From Candidatus Methylomirabilia bacterium (GTDB taxonomy: Bacteria; Methylomirabilota; Methylomirabilia; Rokubacteriales; CSP1-6): a DNA stretch of 64,000 nt. Under the pieces are notes generated by a model, which searched no databases, had not been told where the DNA came from, and was given only the letters and a program-made list of their open reading frames with translations. This document shows positions 58,730 to 64,000 of this stretch, one piece after another. The first letter of the stretch is position 1. Every line of letters starts with the position of its first letter. Both the position numbers and the translations under genes were made by a program. The stretch is from positions 22,175 through 86,174 of the forward strand of contig JBGQEL010000008.1 in NCBI GenBank assembly GCA_041496385.1. Reading direction: 5' to 3'.

Positions 58730-61032
58730 GCGCCGTCGCCCCGCCCGGGACCCGCGCGCGCATCCTCGTCGTGGACGACGAGCTGGGCCCGCGCGAGTCG
58801 CTCCGCATGCTCCTCAAGCCCGCGTACCAGATCCAGACGGCGGAGAACGGGCACGCGGCGCTGAAGGAGCTCGCGCGGTTCCGGCCCGATGTCGTGATCA
58901 TGGACATCAAGATGCCCGAGATGGACGGGCTCGAGCTGCTCCAGCGTGTCAAGCGTATCGACCCGTCGATCGAGGTGATCATGATCACCGCCTACGCCTC
59001 GCTCGAGACCGTCAAGCACGCCCTCACGCACGGGGCGTTCGAATATCTCATCAAGCCCTTCTCGCGCCAGGACCTGGAGGACGTCGTCCGCCGCGCGCTC
59101 CTGCGCCGCCAGAGCGACCTGGGGACGAAGAGCCAGGTGGCCGGGCTCGTCGAGGAGATGCGAACGCTCTCGGCCAAGACGCGCGAGCTCGAGGAGGCCG
59201 CGCGACGCGAAGCCGCCGAGCAGTCGTTGCGCGTCACGCAGCTCTCGATCCTCCGCGAGATCTCGCGCACGATCGTCGGCCAGCTCGAGCCGTACGAACT
59301 GACGACCGCCATCACCGAGCAGCTCCGCGCCGCGCTCGGCTACGACCGGGTCGCCATCACGGGCGACATGCCGGCGGGCACCGGCGGCGGGGATGCCTGT
59401 GTCACCTCCTGCATCATCCGCGACGCGCAGGGACCACTCGGCTATCTCGTGGCCGACAACCGCGCCTCGGGCCGCCCGCTGGACCCGCGCGAGGGCGAGC
59501 TGCTCGAGATGCTGTCCGAGTACCTCGCGATCGCCCTGCGGAACTCGCGGCTCTACGGCGAGATCGCCGACACCAAGCGCTCGCTCGAGAAGCTCATCGC
59601 CTCGGCGGGCGACGCGATCATCTCGGTCCGACCGGACGATCACATCGACGGCTGGAACCCCGCGGCCGACCGCATCTTCGGACTCGGCGCCCACGAAGCG
59701 CTCGGGCGGAACATCACCGAGCTGCTGCCGGCCGGCGAGTACCGGGACGCCAAGCACCGGCTGGCCGAGGGCGCGGCGATGCAGACGTTCGAGACCACCC
59801 CCGCGCCCGGCGACCCGCGGCCGACGGCGCTCGCCGTGACGCTCTCGGCCCTGCACGGGCGACTCGGGGGGCTGGAGGGGCTGATCGCGATCGTCCGCGA
59901 CATCACCGCGCAGCGCGCCGTCGAGAGGCAGCTTCACCAGTCCGAGAAGCTCACCGCCCTCGGCCAGCTCGCCGGCGGCATCGCGCACGACTTCAACAAC
60001 CTCCTCCAGGCCATCCTCGGCTACGCGCAGCTCATGAAGCAGAACCCGCGCGATCTGGACTTCATGGAGCGGTCGCTCAAGGTGGTCGAGTCGGCGGCAC
60101 TCGATGGATCCGAGACCGTGCGCCGGATCCAGACCTTCGCGCGCCTACGCCCCGAGGAGCAATTCGTCGCCGTGGACGTCAACCAGATCGTGCAGGACGC
60201 CGTGGCGATCACGCGCCCCCGCTGGGAGGAGAAGATCGCCCACGACCGCGGGCCGATCGAGCTCCGGCTCGAGCTCGGAAAGGTCGAGGCCATCCGCGGC
60301 CGCCCCGCGGCGCTCACCGAGGTCATGACCAACCTCATTCTCAACGCGCTCGACGCGATGCCCGAAGGCGGCAACCTGGCGATCGGGACGCGGCCCGACC
60401 GCGACCAGGCGATCGTGATCACCGTGGCCGACACGGGCATCGGCATGCCCGAGGCCGTGCGGCAGCGGATCTTCGAGCCATTCTTCTCGACCAAGGGCGA
60501 GGCCGGCTCGGGCCTCGGCCTCTCAATGGCCTACTCGATCGTTCGGCGCCACGGGGGCGAGATCGATGTCGAGAGCGAAGCCGGGCGCGGCACCACCTTC
60601 ACACTGCGCTTTCCCGCCGCTCGGGAGCCGGTGGCCACAGGCGCGCCGACGGGCCCGGCCCGGGAACGGCGGACGGCGCGGGTCCTGGTCGTGGACGACG
60701 AGCCGAAGGTGCTCGCCACGCTCAGCGAGATGCTCCGAAGCGCCGCCCACACCGTCACGGCCGCGCCGGACGGCGCCGCGGGGCTCGCCGCCTACGCGTC
60801 AGGCGGCTACGATGTCGTGCTGACGAACCTGGGCATGGCGGGCATGAACGGGTGGCAGTTCGCCGAACGCCTGCGGGCCGTCGACCGGGCGGTGCCCCTC
60901 CTCCTCATCACCGGCTGGGGGCTGCGCGAAGAGGACCAGACCCGCCTCGCCGTGCTCGGGATCCGCCGCTGCCTCTACAAGCCCGTCCAGCCTGCCGACC
61001 TCGACGCCGCCATCCAGGACGCGCTCGCCTAG
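58726..61032 (+). CDS. Hybrid kinase REC-PAS-HisKA-HATPase-REC
   Basis: VVDD..MDIKMP; IAHDFNNLL; GSGLGL; C-terminal REC VLTNLGM. Confidence 0.9.
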   Translation: MSAVAPPGTRARILVVDDELGPRESLRMLLKPAYQIQTAENGHAALKELARFRPDVVIMDIKMPEMDGLELLQRVKRIDPSIEVIMITAYASLETVKHALTHGAFEYLIKPFSRQDLEDVVRRALLRRQSDLGTKSQVAGLVEEMRTLSAKTRELEEAARREAAEQSLRVTQLSILREISRTIVGQLEPYELTTAITEQLRAALGYDRVAITGDMPAGTGGGDACVTSCIIRDAQGPLGYLVADNRASGRPLDPREGELLEMLSEYLAIALRNSRLYGEIADTKRSLEKLIASAGDAIISVRPDDHIDGWNPAADRIFGLGAHEALGRNITELLPAGEYRDAKHRLAEGAAMQTFETTPAPGDPRPTALAVTLSALHGRLGGLEGLIAIVRDITAQRAVERQLHQSEKLTALGQLAGGIAHDFNNLLQAILGYAQLMKQNPRDLDFMERSLKVVESAALDGSETVRRIQTFARLRPEEQFVAVDVNQIVQDAVAITRPRWEEKIAHDRGPIELRLELGKVEAIRGRPAALTEVMTNLILNALDAMPEGGNLAIGTRPDRDQAIVITVADTGIGMPEAVRQRIFEPFFSTKGEAGSGLGLSMAYSIVRRHGGEIDVESEAGRGTTFTLRFPAAREPVATGAPTGPARERRTARVLVVDDEPKVLATLSEMLRSAAHTVTAAPDGAAGLAAYASGGYDVVLTNLGMAGMNGWQFAERLRAVDRAVPLLLITGWGLREEDQTRLAVLGIRRCLYKPVQPADLDAAIQDALA

Positions 61033-61436
61033 GAGCCCCGGGTGAACGCCGTGGGCGATTCTCGGGAGCGCCGGCCGAGGGCCTGACTCACGGCGGCCCT
61101 GAGGCCGTCGAGCGGAATGGGCTTCCGGAGCACGGTAAACTCGAGCCGCCGGCTCGGAGCTTCCAGATCGGCCCCCGCGCCCGTCAGCATGATCACGCCG
61201 ACCGTCGGATCAGCGCGCCGCACCCGTTCGATCAGATCGAGCCCGTTGCCGCCGTTCATCAGGAAGTCGGTCAGGACGACGTCGTAGTCGCCCAGCGCGA
61301 AGAGATCGAGGCCCAGGGCGGTGCTGGCCGCTCCATCGGCCTCCCAACCGCAGGCCGCAAGAAGGTCGCACAGGACGTTACGGACACGGTCTTCGTCGTC
61401 GACCACGAGGACTCTCGGTGTGCGAGGTTCGCGCAT
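61029..61436 (-). CDS. Single-domain response regulator
   Basis: VLVVDD, LTDFLM, MLTG, RKP; convergent stop overlap with hybrid kinase. Confidence 0.82.
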   Translation of the reverse strand: MREPRTPRVLVVDDEDRVRNVLCDLLAACGWEADGAASTALGLDLFALGDYDVVLTDFLMNGGNGLDLIERVRRADPTVGVIMLTGAGADLEAPSRRLEFTVLRKPIPLDGLRAAVSQALGRRSRESPTAFTRGS

Positions 61437-61675
61437 CGGTCCCGAAACCTTACGGGGCCGTGCGAGGGGAATCAACGGCGCGGATTGCCGCGTGAAATGC
61501 GGGCGCCGCAAAGAAATACGTGCCGACACCGCATGAACCGGGCTCGCGCGGGCACCGGTGCGCGCGCACGCGCGTTTTCCGGGGCCGCGCGGCGGCTCAG
61601 GCCCGAGACGCCGCGTCAGACCGTGCGATTTTCAGATTGTGGATGAGTGTGGATACGTGGATAAGCCCGAGGTGC

Positions 61676-63853
61676 CTACGGAACGGTCACGGACACGCGC
61701 AGCTCGGTGATGTGGGCGGCCGTGATCGTCGTGCCGGCGACCAGCGAGGCATCCGTGTAGCTCGGTAGAGTGAGGTGGAGCTGGGTGTAGACGGCATTGA
61801 GCGCGCTCCGCAGCTCAGTGATGTGGACAGCCTTGACCGTGGTTGACCCCCCTCCTACCAGGCCCGGGTCCGTGAAGTTGCTGACTGCTGACAACCCGTT
61901 TCCCATCCGAAGATTGTTGACCGCCGTCCGCAGCTCGACAATGTGCACGGCCTTGATCACGGTGCCGCTCGCGAGCCCTGCATCCGTGAACACGGGCGAG
62001 AACTTGGCCGCGACAGTCGTCGGCGCCGTCAGCGTGACCTGACAGGTGCCCGTCCCCGAGCATCCTCCGCCGCTCCAGCCCGCGAAGACCGAGCCCGACG
62101 CCGCCAGCGCCGTGAGCGTGACGGACGCGCCGTTCGCGAAGCCGAAGGAACAGGCGCTGCCGCAATCGATCCCGGCCTGCGTGCTCGTGACGGTGCCCGA
62201 GCCCGCGCCGCGCCTGTCGACCGTCAGCGTGAAGGTCGCGGGCTCGAAGTTGGCCTGGATGGTGGCCGCCGCGGACACGGCGCACGTCCCCGTACCCGAG
62301 CACCCCCCACCGGTCCAGCCTGTGAAGATCGTACCGGGGGACGCCGTGGCCGTCAGCAGCACCGCCGGCCCAGGCGCGAAGCCGGCCGCGCAGACAGTCC
62401 CGCAGCTGATGCCGCCCGGGCTGCTCGAGATCGTGCCGGATGCCGCCGCGGCTCCGGTGCGTATGACCGAGACGGTGAACCCCGGATCGAATTGGGCCGT
62501 GACGAAGACCGGGCCGGACACGGTCACTTGACAGGTCATCCCGGCGCAACCGTCAACGACCCAACCCAGAAAGATCGAGCCCGGCCCCGCCATCGCCGTC
62601 AGCGTGACCACAGTGTTGTCGAGATAGCTCGCCGTGCAAGAGGCGCCGCAACTGATACCCGGGACGTTGCTCGTGACCGTGCCCGAGCCGCTTCCGGTGC
62701 GCGTCACCGTCAGCGTGGAGACGCCCGACGCCGCCGCAGTCTTGGTCAGCGCCAGGATGTTCAAGGAGCCGTCGACCGTGTCCCGGTCCACGCCCGCGGC
62801 GATCGTCTTCCAGGACGAGTCCATCGACGCGAACACGGCGATGGAGTCGCCCGAGAGCGTGATCGATCCGGAAATGGCGCCCGTCGTGGGATCGAGGGAC
62901 AACGAGCCTGCGAGCGCCACGGGGACCCCACTGGCCGAGCCGCCGGTGACCGTGCCGTTTGCGTCGAGGAAGACCGCGAAGCTGGCCGCGATCGGATCAT
63001 TGGCCCCAGGGGCGGGCACGTCCTCGATGCCTGCGAGCTCCCACGTGCCCGCAAGATCGAGGGCCGAGAAGCTCCCGCCGCTCTTGACCGCCAGCATCAA
63101 GCCAGGCGTGGTCATGCCGTCCAGGCCGACGCCCGCGAGGAGCGTCTTGAAGGCGTTCAGTTGGGCCGACACCGTCGGCGCGTGACCGTTCGAGAGCGTC
63201 ACCGAGCCGGCGACCAGCCCGGAGGGGTCGACGGAGAGCGAGCCGCCGGTGACCGTCCGTGCCGTCCCGTCGTCCCGCGTCAGGGAGCCACTGGTGACCG
63301 TGCCGCTCGCGTTCACGTCGATCGTTCCGCGGTCCCACCGGGCATCGTTGGCGACGGTGGAGTCTCCGAAGACGTAGATCTGCCAGGTCCCGGCCAGATC
63401 GGCCGGCACGAAGCTCCCGCCCGTCTTGATCGCGATGAACAGCGTCTGGAAGCCGTCGGCCTCGAGGGCGATCCCCGAGACGAACGTCTTGGTCGCGTCC
63501 ATTTGAGCGGGATCCCACGGAAACGGAGAGAGTGTCGTGCCTCCACCGTTGCTGAGCGAGATCGAGCCCGTGACCGCTCCGCTGGAGGTGATCCCCAGGG
63601 CTCCCCCGGAAACCGTCACGGAGGTCCCGTCGCTGAACGTCACGCTCGCGCCCGCGCCGATGATCCCCACCGCGTCGACCGTGATCCGGACCCGGCGCCA
63701 TGCCGGCCTGTTGGCCGCGGGGTCGTCACCCAAAGCGTAGATCTGCCAGGTCCCGGCCAGGTCGTCAGGGGTAAAGATGGCGGCGTGGCTGCGTGACGGA
63801 AGACCCGCAACCGCCAGGAGGACGACGAGCGCGACGAAGGCCGGGCGGCTCAG
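61676..63853 (-). CDS. Large secreted repeat-containing surface protein
   Basis: Signal peptide ...SHA; 3x DLAGTW repeats; 3x GSGTVTS..GI.CG..C repeats; 3x HI.ELR C-terminal repeats; probable CTG start. Confidence 0.78.
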   Translation of the reverse strand: MSRPAFVALVVLLAVAGLPSRSHAAIFTPDDLAGTWQIYALGDDPAANRPAWRRVRITVDAVGIIGAGASVTFSDGTSVTVSGGALGITSSGAVTGSISLSNGGGTTLSPFPWDPAQMDATKTFVSGIALEADGFQTLFIAIKTGGSFVPADLAGTWQIYVFGDSTVANDARWDRGTIDVNASGTVTSGSLTRDDGTARTVTGGSLSVDPSGLVAGSVTLSNGHAPTVSAQLNAFKTLLAGVGLDGMTTPGLMLAVKSGGSFSALDLAGTWELAGIEDVPAPGANDPIAASFAVFLDANGTVTGGSASGVPVALAGSLSLDPTTGAISGSITLSGDSIAVFASMDSSWKTIAAGVDRDTVDGSLNILALTKTAAASGVSTLTVTRTGSGSGTVTSNVPGISCGASCTASYLDNTVVTLTAMAGPGSIFLGWVVDGCAGMTCQVTVSGPVFVTAQFDPGFTVSVIRTGAAAASGTISSSPGGISCGTVCAAGFAPGPAVLLTATASPGTIFTGWTGGGCSGTGTCAVSAAATIQANFEPATFTLTVDRRGAGSGTVTSTQAGIDCGSACSFGFANGASVTLTALAASGSVFAGWSGGGCSGTGTCQVTLTAPTTVAAKFSPVFTDAGLASGTVIKAVHIVELRTAVNNLRMGNGLSAVSNFTDPGLVGGGSTTVKAVHITELRSALNAVYTQLHLTLPSYTDASLVAGTTITAAHITELRVSVTVP

Positions 63854-63933
63854 GCCTTTTTCATCGGCCGGCCGCAGCAGATTTTCTGGCCCATCGCGAC
63901 CTTGCCGCACTTGGCGCAGCGAAAGCCGGCCAC
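63850..63933 (-). CDS. 27-aa desulforedoxin-like Cys4 peptide
   Basis: MAGFRCAKCGKVAMGQKICCGRPMKKA; GAGAGG upstream; not in ORF track. Confidence 0.65.
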   Translation of the reverse strand: MAGFRCAKCGKVAMGQKICCGRPMKKA

Positions 63934-63936
63934 GGC

Positions 63937-64000
63937 CTAGAGCCTCTCGATGACGGTCGCGATGCCCTGCCCGAAGCCGATGCACATCGTCTGCAGCCCG
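63937..64000 (-). CDS. Thiolase (3' end only)
   Basis: GLQTMCIGFGQGIATVIERL*, the thiolase C-terminal CIGxGxG motif. Confidence 0.8.
   Translation of the reverse strand, partial: GLQTMCIGFGQGIATVIERL

Noticed and set aside
58500..61646. 1048-aa ORF overlapping the hybrid kinase
   Set aside because: Arg/Pro/Gly-rich off-frame translation of the real kinase gene.
61638..61664. Replication origin
   Set aside because: Only three imperfect boxes, no AT-rich unwinding element and no dnaA/dnaN nearby.
63853..63864. ATG-AAAAA as a homopolymer frameshift or phase-variable start of the surface protein
   Set aside because: Better explained as the MKKA* end of the 27-aa Cys4 peptide with a CTGA overlap.
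1..64000. tRNA, rRNA or CRISPR arrays
   Set aside because: None recognised by eye; intergenic gaps are short. tRNAscan-SE and Infernal were not run.

Overview
GC-rich bacterial chromosomal window; gene content and style suggest a Candidatus Rokubacteria/Methylomirabilota-like organism (inference only). No rRNA, tRNA, CRISPR array, transposase or integrase was recognised. Three parts: (1) 1-10935, a tightly coupled minus-strand cluster behind a consensus sigma-54 promoter, encoding a broken secreted-protein gene, Hsp20, archease, RtcB, an SDH/Clp-fold protease, two CBS proteins, a GYD protein, a 37-aa membrane peptide, PolX-PHP, a DksA/TraR-type zinc finger, an orphan GroEL, AcsA and PdhA. (2) 11-50 kb, mixed metabolic, envelope and DNA-repair genes, many apparently leaderless or with non-canonical starts. 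These include a heme-c/HAMP cyclase with a guanylyl-type motif, SorAB-like sulfite dehydrogenase, an ECF sigma next to an Ogt-Ada fusion, DinG, a UvrD-nuclease fusion and ExeA/B. (3) 50.6-61.4 kb, an orphan ketosynthase with an altered active site (Cys-His-Gln) heading two paralogous membrane sensor kinases, a His-to-Asp pseudokinase and a hybrid kinase. A lower-GC tract covers the synthase, kinase 1 and only the sensor half of kinase 2, which resembles quorum-sensing pherotype cassettes; this is the best candidate for an undescribed system. The window ends with a repeat-rich surface protein, a 27-aa desulforedoxin-like peptide and a thiolase 3' end. All calls come from reading motifs by eye; no database searches were run.
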